Positions 22,676 through 35,999 of a DNA stretch of 64,000 bases are shown here, piece after piece. Location: NCBI RefSeq assembly GCF_006345805.1, contig NC_043005.1, forward strand, positions 48,422,001 to 48,486,000, in the 5' to 3' direction. Every line of letters starts with the position of its first letter. Within the stretch, counting starts at the first letter, position 1. Position numbers and translations under genes: made by a program. The notes under the pieces are model-generated. The model did not search any database, had not been told where the DNA came from, and saw only the letters and a list, made by a program, of their open reading frames with translations. The DNA comes from Octopus sinensis (taxonomy: Eukaryota).

Positions 22676-25033
22676 GTTGTTGTTGTTGTTGCTGTTCAGG
22701 TCACTGCTTGGAATCTAGTATTTTGCTGTTGATAATATTTATTACTAGTATTAAAATAAGTGACTTGCTATAGTTGATTTTAATTTATTAAATATTTTAT
22801 AATGAAAATTAGCTTTCATTTATTTATTTGGTATAAACAAGATGCAATTTGCAACTAGTGAAAATTATGACTATTATATTTATGTCATAGTATAATATTT
22901 TAACATACAAATGACAAAAATATATTTCCTACATTAACCTATCGTGTGATAGATAACACTATAGTTCGTTGATCAATTATGAGACTATAATATTTACTCA
23001 ACATTTCAGAATAAAATCTGTCCTTGTGCCTTAACTAGAAACTAATATTGCTACGACACAACAAAGAAATACAAAACTTGTCGAGCGTTGATAAAATGCC
23101 TTCGGGTATTTTGCTATATCAAAATTTACGTTTGAGTTCAAATTCCGCTGAAGTCAACGTTGCCTTGTCAGCCTACCGAGATTGATCAAATGAAGTAGGA
23201 ATCAGAATATGTCCTGCTAAAAATGTACGGCCTTGTACCTGTGTTACAAATAAATTTTAATCAACTGAGCGAATGTGAGTCGCTAGAAATAACAGTTAAA
23301 TCTTCCTCAAATAAAACCTCTTCTTGATTTCCGTCGACGTGTTGTGCTTCATATCCAGCATATTTTTGTTTGTTTTTCATGAGGAGACGTTACTACTTCT
23401 CTCAACCCTTATCCATTTCAAGAGAAGTGGACGTGTGTACTCTGTGAGTGGGTCCTCCCGAACTATCCTTCACACAGCGCAATACAGCCAATTCCATGAG
23501 AGAGTGAGAGAGAGAGAAAGAGAGTGTGTGAAAGAGAAAGAGTGAGAGAGAGAGTGAGAGAGAGAGAGCGCAAATGAGAGAGACAGACAGACAGAATCAA
23601 CCCTAGCACTTAACTAGTATTTTATATATCAATCGCAAAAAGTCAAAAACGACTTCAGCAGGATTTGAACCCAGAGAACGGAAACTCATAGAGCAAGGTA
23701 TCCACAATTCACCATCTTAATAACACGCGACCATATACAAAAATAGAAAAGATAAAATGAAATAATACAGACATTGTTGTCATAGACAGGTACAATGTGA
23801 AAAAGCTGCAAGCACGAATCGAAATCGTGTTAGAGCTCAACGTAGCGTCAGCGCAAACCGCTATAGAAGATTTTAAGTAATGACTCTAAATCAGTGAATA
23901 CCTCAGATTAGTAATTACATCAACACCGTTTATAGTTTAGTGGTTCCACTTTTGCACATTCTTCGCCCCTGAAAATATATCTGGTTTGACATGGGAGCTT
24001 TCATTATCCCTATATATAAGTTTAAAGAAAGAAAGTTTCGCAGTTGATACCGCACCAACGCACCAGTGTCTGAACACACTGTACAGGAAGAGGAAGACGA
24101 CACATACTAAAGAGCTGTGTGTGTGGCATATTACACAATAGATCAGTTTAGGAAATTGCATACGATATTAATTAAGTATATTATAGATGACGTCAAGAAT
24201 TTAATATATCGTAGAACATATTAATATAATTAATCGTACTGGTCTTGGTGTATTGTACGATATGTCATTTTAATTTATTGACATGTCAATTTAACTTAAG
24301 GAATTATCTAATACCACTTTACCTCCCACCTCTAACTCTTTTTCTTTCTCTAATGTTCCACCCTTTCCCTTGCTTACTTTCATTATCAGTCACTATCTTC
24401 TTTTCTTTGCTTTCTCTTTCCCTCTATCACTCTTTCTCTTCGTTTCTTTCGGTATTTCTCTCTATCCAATATATGTCTCTTTTCTTTCCTCTTACCGTTC
24501 GTGTAATTCGTATGACTATTTTGTTGTAATTTCGAATACTGTAATTCTCTACCGTTTACAGTATTTCAGATATACAAATAGCAGACGGAACCCATTTAGA
24601 AAGTCAATATAATCGCTTTAGCACACTACAGTCAGTATCATTTGACATAGGGAAACATTGGATAAGGAAGAAACTAAATGAAAGTATGTTACATATATGC
24701 AGTGTGTAAACGGGAATTCTGTACGCAAAGACAACTCTATCAACGCCATGAACACTCTTCCCGTAGTATAAGGTCTTCCTTCACATGGCTATAATATCAT
24801 CTTCCCAAATTCTACCTCACAATCTCTCTCACTTTCCCTCACTTTCTCTCTGTCTATCTCTCTCTCTCCCTCTCTGTTTCTCTCTCTATTTCTCTCACCT
24901 CCCTTTCTTTCCCCTTCACCATTGTACCGTCCTATTATTTACATTATTTTTATATTTACTGTTATATTTGAGCAAAGTCAAATAGACATTTAATAAGCAC
25001 AAGCACACAGTATTATTATCATTATTATTATTA

Positions 25034-25079
<46 letters not shown>

Positions 25080-25294
25080 TAATTCTACGTAAGAAGGCAT
25101 TGCCAAACCCACCTTCTCATTACAGGATAGAGATTATTACTCCATATTATCATAGAGAAATCTTAAAACATTTTCTTTAATACAATGAATTAATCAGTCA
25201 TTTAATGAATTTATATACACTGTGTAATGTCATACATTATTTTCTAGCACCCTAATTGCTATGTGTGAGTGTATGTGTATGTGTGTGTGTGCAT

Positions 25295-26259
25295 CGTACA
25301 TGCTCGAAATGTGGAGTAGATAACACAGCCAACAACTGATGAAGAGTCATTTTTTATGTTGCTTGTCTTCTTTTCCATTTGTTTCTTTCGTTGTTCGCAA
25401 AACAAGTTCGTATTCTATGTTCGCATATTTTGTATTTCATGTTGTTTACATTCGATGATGTCATTTACTCATATATACATGTATACATGCATATATATAT
25501 ATATATATATATATATTATTTATATTATTGTATGACTAAACGCCACGCATCCATTTCCAAGTAAACTTTATCTTAATAATTTTGATGCGACACTTGTTCT
25601 ATTTGGTTTCTCTAATTCTTTTTTCTAAATCCTTTCTCCAATTCTTTTCTCTAATTATTTTTATCTCCCATTCTCCCCCTTTCGTTTTATTCTCTCTCAT
25701 TCCTTTTTCTAATTCTTTTCCTCTCCCCTTCACCGTTCTCTATCTGTCCCTCTCTCTCTCTCTTCCTCCTTTACTCTGTCGTTGCTCGCACGTGACCAAT
25801 GGCAATCCTTCTCTTCCTAACTCGAGGTTCTTTCTTTTCTTCCGATCAGCTACGAGCGATCAGACGCATCTTTGTCTCTTGTCAAAGCTTGTTTCTCTAG
25901 CGTAAGCCACCTTACCTCGTCTTGGCTTAACAGCCCTTACTGTTTTCACTATCCTGTTTTTGTTATCAACTTCGACTCCCCGCCCCCGCAAATCCCAAAT
26001 TTTATTTAAAATACTTGGAGCAATTGCTTTGACGAAGGCGTATCTTGTCCTAAATGCTCAAAATGTGGAGTAGTTAAACAGCGGACAACTGATGATGGGT
26101 CGTTTATAATGTTACATGTATCGTTTTCCATTTGTTTCTTTCGTTGTTCGCAAAAATGTTCGTATTTCATGTTTTCGCACCTCGTATTTCATGTTGTTTA
26201 CGCTCTATGACGTTCTGTACCCACATATGCAAGTGTAAGTATGTACATATATGTAGACA

Positions 26260-26300
<41 letters not shown>

Positions 26301-26350
26301 TACATTATTATATTGAACACCACGCATACATTTCCAAGTAAGTTCTATCG
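25295..26350 (+). mobile_element. Family E direct repeats (25295-25580 and 26050-26350) flanking a 470-bp pyrimidine-rich segment; Penelope-like partial tandem
   Basis: Both repeats read ATGCTC(G/A)AAATGTGGAGTAG..ACAACTGATGA..TTTTCCATTTGTTTCTTTCGTTGTTCGCAAAA..(TA)n..ACGCA..CATTTCCAAGTAA. Confidence 0.65.
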
Positions 26351-26650
26351 TATATATATGTATATATATATGTATACATATATATGTATATATATATGCA
26401 CGTATATATATATATGTATGTATATATATATGTATATGTATATATATGTATGTATATATATGTATATATATATATATGTATATAACTATGTATATATATA
26501 TACGTATATATATGCATATATATATATATGTATATATGTATATATGTGTATATACATATGTATATACGTATGTATATATATATATATACATATATATGTA
26601 TATATATATATACACATATATATATGTGTGTATATATATGTATATATACA
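26351..26650. repeat. Compound (TA)/(TATG)/(CA) microsatellite
   Basis: Direct reading. Confidence 0.95.
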
Positions 26651-27050
26651 CAACCGACAAGGGAACGTCATGGGAAAAAGTTTCTTCTCTCGGTCTGGTG
26701 GGATTGCAAAGGAGTAATTCACTTAGAATTGTTACCACCTAATGCAACAATCAATACTCAAATCTACTGTCAGCAATAAGAGCATTTGAACCAAGCTTTG
26801 AAGATAAAAAGACCCGCTTTAATGAATTGAAAAGGAGTGATGTTTCATCAGGACAATGCGTGACCCCACACTGTAAAGATCTCATCACAGAAGATCGAAG
26901 AGCTTGGTTGGGAAAAAAATTTCTCATTCACCTTATTCTCCCGACCTTGCTCCTTCACACTACCATTTGTTTTGTAGTTTACAGAATCATCTGGGGAACT
27001 TAACTTTCACAATCCAGGAGGAGGTCGAAACTGACATTTCAGAGTTCTTA
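26651..27050 (+). mobile_element. Mariner (DD34D) transposase internal fragment, pseudogenised
   Basis: [61 protein letters not shown]. There are 34 residues between the second D and the third catalytic position (D changed to H), three in-frame stops and no TIRs. Confidence 0.92.
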
Positions 27051-27949
27051 GCATATATATACGTATATATAAGTATATATATATGTATATATATATATAT
27101 GTATATATATATGCAAATATAAGTATATATATAATTCTGTATATATAGGTATATATATATATGTGTGTGTATGTATATATATATATTATATGTGTGTGTG
27201 TATATATATGCATATGCTCATCCATGAATGTATGCACACATACACACAAGAAGTAAATAAAGCGATCACGGATCCAATTTCTCTGAAACAGAATCAAGGC
27301 TAATCAAAATTCGCCAATTATGAAACACGTATTTTTTCAAGCGTTACAGAATTTCACATGCAAGTCAAGTCCCAAATGTATTTGTATATTGAATATTTCG
27401 ACTAATCTGTGTAATTTTTCACTTTATCAGTGACTTCTTTTGTATACTTTGGTATTTATGTACATAGTTTATTGTGCTAAGCATTATTTGTTTTTTCATC
27501 TAAGCATTTCTTTAAAAACCATGTCCCTTCTTAGTTTACTTTAATGTCTGTCTCTTTAGCTCAGCTAAAAGGTGACATAACGAAATATATCACAAATAGT
27601 CTTCGTTTGAAATTATTTATTTACTAGTCCTTCGTTTACTAGTGACAAATCTTGGAGAATTATGCTTGAATGAGAATTAGCAGATTTTTAACAGTGGGGG
27701 CTATATTAGGCTCATGAAGCATACAAATTGCACTTTTCATTAACACCAACCAGTTAATCAACATTGCGAGATGCATAAGAGAAAGGCTGCAGGCAACTTC
27801 ACGCAGTTTGCTGTCAGAAATTCAATCAGAGTTGTCTACTTTATTTACACTTCAAAAGAAAGCAATACCTTGAAAATCTTTCCGCATCAATTCAGAAAGC
27901 ATTCTTTGACAACAGGGAACCAGTGCTGTTACGATGAGAAACAAGATGA

Positions 27950-28080
27950 GAATGGTGATGATGATGATGATGATGATGATGGTGGTGGTATTGGCGGTTC
28001 TGGTGGTGGTAATTGTGGTGGTGGCTGCGGCGGCGATAATGACGACGATGACGATGATGGTGGTGGCGGCGATGATGATC
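27950..28080. repeat. Mosaic trinucleotide repeat (GAT/GGT/GGC)
   Basis: Direct reading. Confidence 0.93.
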
Positions 28081-28351
28081 TGTATGATGAAAAAAAAAAG
28101 AAAATAAAGCATGAGAGGGTTTCCACGAGAACAGGAAGAAAATGAACTGGTTAGGCGACATGATAGAAATAATATATTATGCATACACACATGTATAGGT
28201 ATATATACACGCATACTCATATGTACTTGTATGTGTGTGCGTGTGTATGTGATGGACTTTCCCGTCGAAGACTATGTATGTGTGTTCAGCTTTTGCCGAA
28301 CGACCTGCTCGAATGATTTGTTGATAGTGTTCAGATAAATGTGCCATACAC

Positions 28352-28607
28352 CAGTGCTACTCAAAGTGGTGATCCGCTGACCAGTGCCGGTCCGCAAGCC
28401 ATCAGCTTCCGCTATGCGGCGAGTTTCCAGAAAAGAAAGAAACGTTACAATATGCTTATGTAATATTGTATTATTTGTTTACAAAATAAATGCAAAATAA
28501 AAAATTCTTAACTTTTATTATATTCCTTATATATATTATTTCCGGTATAAATTAATATTACTAAGAAATATTACCGGTCCCTGGCACACTGAAAAAAAAA
28601 AGAACTG
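28352..28607 (+). mobile_element. hAT (Charlie-like) non-autonomous element with 8-bp TSD
   Basis: Termini CAGTGCTACTCAAAGTGG... and ...AGAACTG. Perfect TSD CCATACAC at 28344-28351 and 28608-28615. Confidence 0.8.
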
Positions 28608-28619
28608 CCATACACTACC

Positions 28620-28770
28620 TCACTCCCCCATCAACGTTGCTTGGTCAGGTGTCGAAGTGATCAACGTGAGACGAAGTGTCTTGCTCAAGAACACAAGGCA
28701 CCAGCCGGCCTAGGAATTGAAACCTCAATCACGTGATTGTGAGTGCAATACTCTAACCACTAGGCCATCT
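28620..28770 (-). mobile_element. SINE-C 5' fragment
   Basis: GAAGTGTCTTGCTCAAGAACACAAGGCAC...CTCTAACCACTAGGCCA is the reverse complement of the SINE-C head and CORE-like part. Confidence 0.65.
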
Positions 28771-28870
28771 ACGCTAAACTATCCCGAATTAACAATCATA
28801 CATGTACGCACACGCACACACACCCACACTACTTCACACTCGCTCACATTTGCTATTAACACTAGGAAAC

Positions 28871-28911
<41 letters not shown>

Positions 28912-29937
28912 GACATACATCATCATTTAGTCGTCCGGAACCATCAAATGCCGTTGTCTTCATGCATTTTGCTTCATCTGGGATTGATAATCTCCGAAGC
29001 ATCCCTATGCAGAAGGTGTGATCCTATTTTTTATTGGGAACTAAAGCCACTTGAATTCAATGATCTTGCCCCAAAATTACAATGTGTAGCACAGGCTTCT
29101 GGGAATCGAACCCACCACATTATAATCGTGAGTAGAGTAGTTTAGCTACCAGGTCACATGCCTTCGTCTATCTTACACTACAGTAAACAGAAACACTACC
29201 AAGTTACAACAAGCGCATTCACATATCTATAGCTGACGCAGCCACCAGCTTACACACGTCAGACATACACACATGTCTTCGTACAAAATTAAACATTCGT
29301 ACGTACACGCGTGCGCACACAACAGCGATCATGTACGTACTATCTTCTCTCACATACATGCAACCACAGGTCAAATGCACTAACCAAAACTCGGGATGCA
29401 AATATACAAGATATACACATCTTTTTACAAAATTAACCACATATACACCTTTTTTGAAAACACACTCGCACAACAATGGCCATAGACAAACACACCTAAC
29501 ACTCGCATAACAAGACACCGACATACAAAATGAACGCGAACAATTTTGAAAACACGTACACACACACACACCACACACACACACATACACACACGCACAA
29601 AATCTGACACATACACCTTAATACTATGGCTGTTGCTACCCTTTATGAACTCTCGGTATTGAATATCACTTTCAGCCCATTTTCGATTCCATTTCGTTCC
29701 GAAAACATGGCTCTCTCTCCTAAACGTGCGTTGAATAACTCGTCTATTCTTATATTACTGTGTCTTTATCTGATTTCCTCTCCCGCTTTTTCCTTTCCGA
29801 TGAAGGACAAATAAGTCCGAACCGTCAAACAATTCGTTTTTCATTCATTCAATTTCATATTAATACAGTTTTTTAATCATATTTTTCGTTGTTTATGTTG
29901 TTATAATACATGATATATTTTATTATACTAATTCCTA

Positions 29938-30105
29938 TGAAGGCGGTGAGCTGGCAAAATCGTTCGTGACATTTCACCGTCATTACTTGTAAGTTCAACT
30001 GCTGAGGTCGACTTTGCTTTTCATCCTTTCGGCATTGGGGTCTATCTTATCGACTTACCCCTTCCCCTGAAATTGTAGGGCTTATGCAAAAATTTGAAAT
30101 CAGTA
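29938..30105 (+). mobile_element. SINE-A, internally deleted
   Basis: AAGGCGGTGAGCTGGCAAAATCGTT...GAGGTCGACTTTGCTTTTCATCCTTTCGG. Confidence 0.75.
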
Positions 30106-30979
30106 TATTAATCCCTGCGCAGATGAGGAGAGGCCGCTTATACCTTTACAGAATTATCTCCTTTATTACCAATTCAGACCCTCCTGGATTACCATTTCGG
30201 ATTACATTGGATATATGTTATTTCATTTGATGTACGTGAGAGTCGATTACAGTTCAGTTTTCAAAATTTTATAACATAAATCTTTATATCCTTAGAGAAT
30301 TTTTATGATAACCATATGAAAATACAACGATAAAACTGCTGATCACACACAATGTAAATTTAGTGAATTCCCTAAGAATTTCGTTAGGATACGCTAACAA
30401 TGTGAAACTTTAAATAACAAAATTCTATAAGCTGCTCTATAAACAATACATTAAATAAATATTTGCTCTATTCAGTTATTGAAGTGACTTTTACAGTAGT
30501 TTCACCGCGTATGTGATTTTGAATTTGTAATTGTACATAAATGTATAAGTGTGTGTGTGTGATGTATATATATGCATGTGTATATTATGTTAACAGCATC
30601 TAAAAATCTAAAGTATAAAATGAGTTATTGCTTTCGAATGAACAAGAGAAGTAAGCTACTAAGTAAAAATGACAAGTCATAAATATATAATACAAGAACT
30701 TGTCCAAAGCGGGAGTGTGTGAGAGAATGTCAATGTGTGATAGAATGTCTTCGCAAATCGCACGCTAATAAATGATACTCAATACCTTATAACACTACAT
30801 AACTTAGAACCTAATGTCATTCTTTCATATGTAAATAACAAATGGTTATATTGTCTCCCCGACAGTATACATATGTATACATATACACACACACACATAA
30901 ATACATACATATATATGCATATATATGTATGTACGTGCATATCTTTGCATCTTGTATGTATGAATGTACCACACACTGG

Positions 30980-31002
30980 TTTTATATATGTATATATACA
31001 TA

Positions 31003-31034
<32 letters not shown>

Positions 31035-31043
31035 CATACATAC

Positions 31044-31111
<68 letters not shown>

Positions 31112-31125
31112 TCATCATCATCAAT
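30980..31125. repeat. (TA)n-rich microsatellite
   Basis: Direct reading. Confidence 0.95.
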
Positions 31126-31962
31126 ATGAAGTGAAAGAAAATTCTTTAGCAAATGTTCCTGGATATTCAGCACAAATATGGTAGGATCTTATCATTTTAA
31201 TATTGAGTTGGTCGTACAGAGCGTGTAGAATAAGCTTTTCTGAAGCTACCTCATAAGATCGTTCCAAGCTTTCGGTAAATTAATTTTACTGAAATTGTCT
31301 TCCAGTTTTTTTAGAATTTCGATATTCCTGGAAGGAGATTTGTGGTCTACTATTCGCATGAACAATCTCAATTTATCAAAGCTTCGTAAACCAATATATT
31401 AAATAGGTGATACTATATTGCGCCTTTGTATTTAGTACATAGAGCGTTCCCTGAGATATTTTCTCTCAGCCGTTTTGGTGGCATCAGACAATGACGTTCA
31501 GAAATTGTGAATTTTCCGCCAAAATCTGGATCGCACAAAAGATTAGCAACCGTGTTGTGTGTTTGTAAGCTCTAATGGGTTAAATTACTGCTTACTAACA
31601 TATCTACTTGCTAATCTTTTAAATACTCGTCTTATAAATAGTGTGTGAACCGCGTATGCACGTTTTAATAGGCAGATGTAGAAAGAAAAGAGCAATCAAT
31701 AGTCATCTAGAGCTTATATTTGTAAGTTAGCAGTTATCGACTCCGACAACCATTACTCAGTCTGAGAGAAATGCAGATACGTATCTAATTCGTCATTGCT
31801 CACTAAGATTGAAGTGATGGCTTGAACGTTGGCCCCTCATGTATCGCCAACGACCTATAAGAAACTGCCTTCCTATTCAAACGTGACTGACAATTCGTTC
31901 CTCACTGGTATCCGAAGAATTAGGCGCTTGTTTGCGTGTTTAGGAGAGAGTTATTTGTGTTA

Positions 31963-33020
31963 CAGGGTAGGACAGAGAGGACAGACGTTTTTGAAAAATT
32001 TACAAAATCATCAATTTCAACTGTAAAGAAATTTTATTGCCATCAATGTGTTTGTATTCAATTTAGCATTTGTCAAAATCAAGTGGAAAACAACATCCAT
32101 CATGTGATGTCCGTTTTCATTGATACATTTTTGAAGGCACTCTCTCCAGCATTACTCTGTCGATCTGAGCGACTTCTACGCGAATAGCTTCCTTTAAATC
32201 GTCCAATGTGCGGATCTATACGCATACACGCCTGCCTTGTGGTTTCCCTACAAGATATAATCAATCACACATGGACAAATCGGGAACCGAAGATTCCAAG
32301 CAATGTCAGCAAATCTGGAAATGATGCGGTCACCAAAGAGAGGGGGAACAACGTCCATTGGTGCTTTGGATGTGTGGGCCGTCACCTCATCCTGCTGAAA
32401 CTACACACGTCGAATACGCATACATTTTCGTCGTAATTCAGGCACAAAGAAGTTGTTTATCATCTTGATGTAATGCTCAGAGTTCACAGTAACAGCATTT
32501 ACATCATTATCTTTAAAAAAACTAAGGACCAATGACGGCAGCTTATCCAAAAGCACACCAGACCGTCACTTTTGGGATATGCAGTGGTCTTTCGTGTAGT
32601 TCTCTCGGATTTTGCAAGAGCCCAATAACGACAGTTCTGTTGATTCACCATGCCACTAAGATGAAAATGAGCTTCATGACTCGTTAACAAAATGAGGCTG
32701 CCATTTGCCTCAAAAATTGCTTCCATCTGACGAGCGAAGTTAAACCGCTGTGCATAGTCCTATGGTTTCAACTGTCCAATGACCAATTTACACGGGTGGA
32801 AATGCAGGTCTTCATGCAAAATACGCCTTACCGAACGATTATCAATGCCAAGTTCAGTGGAATTCCTCCGAGCAGAGCGATTCAGACTCCGTATCAAAGC
32901 TTGTCTGACGCGTTCCACATTTTCCGGGGTCCGTACACTTCGTGGCGCCCCCACCAACTTCTATTCATTAGTGTAACTTGTGTACGAAGTGCATTCACCC
33001 AACGTAAGATTATTTTACGG
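31963..33020 (-). mobile_element. IS630-Tc1-mariner transposon remnant, DD41D type (rosa/Visitor-like), 5'-truncated
   Basis: GAPRSVRTPENVERVR..SARR..RRILHEDLHFHP..HEAHFHLSGMVNQQNCRYWA..KVTVWCAFG..FQQDEVTAHT..IISRFADIAW..PDLSMCD..TLDDLKEAIR. There are 41 residues between the last two D once a 1-bp deletion is repaired. One terminus, TA-CAGGGT, at 31961-31968. Confidence 0.82.
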
Positions 33021-33897
33021 GAGTCCTCGCTTAGGAATTTGTGGATCGTATTTTGCTTAAATGACTTCGTAAGTTCTGTAGATCCACTTGGACAAGACCA
33101 ACCGTGTTACGCAAGGGTAAAAAACAGCAGTACCACCCACGACAAGATCTTAAATGTATAGTTAAGGAGAATTTAATTATTTGGTGATCGTCTTTTACTC
33201 AAGTTTATAGGTACTACAACAGTACGTGATAGGGAATTCTTTCAACCGGTAATAGAACCAGAGTTGGCCCACTACTTGCTTAGTTTTTTTCTATACATGT
33301 CTTGCTATCAGTTATTCTAAGGTTGAACTCATTCTAAAATGGTAATGATACAACTAAGAATAAATCCATATTGCTAGGTATTCTTATCATGTAAGCATAT
33401 AGGTGGTGCTGCAACATAGTGTTTAGCCGTGACCATAAAACAAAGTAGACACCAAACTTTAGCACACACTTAACGCAAGCTATCTCTTGCCACATAGAAT
33501 CGTAATACTCATGATCAAATCACAGCACTAGAGACAAGATAGGATTCGTTGACTACACGCTGTTAATGTCTTATACTCCTACCCTCATAGTCATCCATGA
33601 CCGTCATGCTCCCCAAGACATCATGCGCTTTTGATTAGCCATAGCATTTTCTATAATTTAATTTTCATCTGTTTTGTAAATTGCAAGAAAGTGTCTGTCA
33701 AATTTCTGATTTTTGAATCAAACGAGATGCCAGATATTAGAATCTAGAATCCAACATCTGATTAATGAGAGCTATAGAATCTTTGAACTGCTTCCCACTT
33801 AAAGCCGATACTCTTCTCGTGCGTCACTAATTCTTTTGAGAAACTCACAAGCACCACACAATCTTATTTTAAATCGCTTTACATTAGTTTTATTAAA

Positions 33898-34340
33898 TAA
33901 GGCGGCGAGCTGGCAGAATCGTTAGAACGCTGGGCTAAATGCTTAGCGGCATTTCGTCCACCATTACGCTCTGAGTTCAAACTTCACTGAGGTCGACTTG
34001 TCCTTTCATCCTTTCGAAGTACCAGTTACGCACTGAGGTCGATGTAATCGATTATCCTCCTCCCCACAAAATTTCAGGCCTTGTGCCTATAGTAGAATGG
34101 ATTATTTTTCTAAAGTAAGGCAGTGAGCTGGCAGAATCGTTAGCACGCCGAGCAAAATATTTAGCGGTATTTGGTCAGTCTTTACGTTCTGAGTTCAAAT
34201 ACCGCCGAAGTCGACTTACCCTTTCATCCTTTCTGGGTGATAAAATAAGTACCAGTTGAGTACTGGAGTCGAGGTAATTTACTTAACCTTCCCCACCCCC
34301 ACCGAACTTACTGCATTTGTGCCTATAGTAGAAAGGATTA
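33898..34340 (+). mobile_element. Two head-to-tail SINE-A copies
   Basis: AAGGCGGCGAGCTGGCAGAATCGTTAG at about 33899 and AAGGCAGTGAGCTGGCAGAATCGTTAG at about 34117. Each ends GTGCCTATAGTAGAA.GGATTAT. Confidence 0.88.
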
Positions 34341-34844
34341 TTTTTGTTAAGTAACAAATCAATTAATTTTCGCTTCTCATTAATCTTGATTGAGCAGACT
34401 TATGAGAAAAAGCATTTCGGCTTTAATCATCGGCCTATTCCCCTATCTCTTCTTCTGGGGTAGCTAGCAGCATGTTATCTAATCTGTCTCTTTTATTAAG
34501 GCGGCGTGAGTGTGAATTGAGAGAAGTTTGGCTGTTATTTCCATAAAGTTGATTAGCATTTGTTTCTAGCTATTCTAGTTGAGCAACTTTTATGGGTTAA
34601 ATTATATATTAATATCAAGTTAAATGAATTTATTATATATTTTATATTTCGCAAAACGATGGAGACAAAGAAACAGTGGAGAGCCTGACTAAACCATTTA
34701 GTTGTGCACTTTTACATTTTCGAAATTGAATTTTCCTGGAGTCATCTTAGCTTTCAATTCATTCAAGTCAATAAACTATATATAGTCTTGCTTCAATTTA
34801 TAGCATATTTTTGACATTTGCCAATGCATAATAAATAATCGGTT

Positions 34845-35046
34845 TTAAATTTTGGTACAAGGTCAACAATTTTGAGGTAGGTGGTAAGTTGATCACATCA
34901 ATATCAACTGGTACTTATTTCTACGAGCTCGAAATGATGAAATCAAAGTCGAACTCGGCGGAATTTGAACTCAAAACGTGAAACTGGACGAAATGCCACT
35001 AAGCACTTTGCTCGGTGCGCTAACGATTCTGCCAGTTCGCCGCCTT
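34845..35046 (-). mobile_element. SINE-A
   Basis: GTCGAACTCGGCGGAATTTGAACTC...CTAACGATTCTGCCAGTTCGCCGCCTT. Confidence 0.85.
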
Positions 35047-35076
35047 AATAATAACTTATTATTTACCAGTTTCTAA

Positions 35077-35395
35077 AAGTGGTGAGCTGGCAGAGACGTT
35101 AGTACGCTGGTCGATATGCTTAGTGGTACTTCGTCTGCCGTTACGTTCTGAGTTCAAATTCCGCCGAGGTCGACTTTGCCTTTTATCCTTTCAGGGTCGA
35201 TTAAATAAGTACCAATTACGCACTGGGGTCGATCTAAGCGACTTAATCCGTTTGTCTGTCCTTGTTTGTCCCCTCTGTGTTTAGCCCCTTGTGGGCAATA
35301 AAGAAATTGGTATTTCGCTCGGCGCTACGTTCTGAGTTCAAATGCTTCTTACCTACAAATTCTAGGCCTTGTGTCTATAGTAGAAAGAATTATTT
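35077..35395 (+). mobile_element. SINE-A dimer (184-bp period), second unit internally deleted
   Basis: GGTACTTCG at 35125, then GGTATTTCG at 35309 directly after the GTGGGCAATAAAGAAATT tail. Confidence 0.85.
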
Positions 35396-35999
35396 CTTCT
35401 CGCTCATACATTCTTCAGAGAAGTAAATTTTAACTGTGAGCAGATACAGTACTAGATGTCATTAGAGCATCGGATAGAATATCCTACAGAATTTGTCTTT
35501 GTTTCTAAATTCGAATTCCACAGGCGTTTACTTTTTGCATATTTTCAGAAACGATAATTAAGTTCAAGTCAGGAACTGAGATCAAGTTATCTCTCCATCT
35601 GAGGGAGAGGTCGTGAGGAATCATTCATGGAGTCTCTTTCTCCAGAAATAGGGGAAATATGAACGAGAGGCTAGTAACATCTCTTAAAAGAACTAACGCC
35701 TCGAGAACTGCCAAAAGATGTACCCTTGTGCTCTACAGCGCAGAACAGAAATTATAGGTTTCTGATTCAGATACAAGACTTGCAATTTTGAGGAGAAAAG
35801 ATTAGTTTATACTGTTGACCCAAGTATTTTACTGGTACTAAGTTATCGATCTCTGAGAGAAGAAAAACAAAGCAGACTTCAGCAGTACTTGCATTAAGAA
35901 CGTAAAGAACTTGAAAAATACCGCCAGACCATTTTTTAAGTTTTGTTTACATAGTACCAATTCGGCCAACTCACCTCTTAACAGGTCAAAAATTAATAT

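Noticed and set aside
23937-24161. 74-aa ORF with a hydrophobic stretch suggesting a transmembrane exon
   Set aside because: No consistent acceptor/donor pair preserving that frame was found, and no homology was recognised.
31130-31560. Possible LINE linker peptide (ILKKLEDNFSKINLPKAWNDLMR) on the minus strand
   Set aside because: The similarity is too short and degenerate to support a call.
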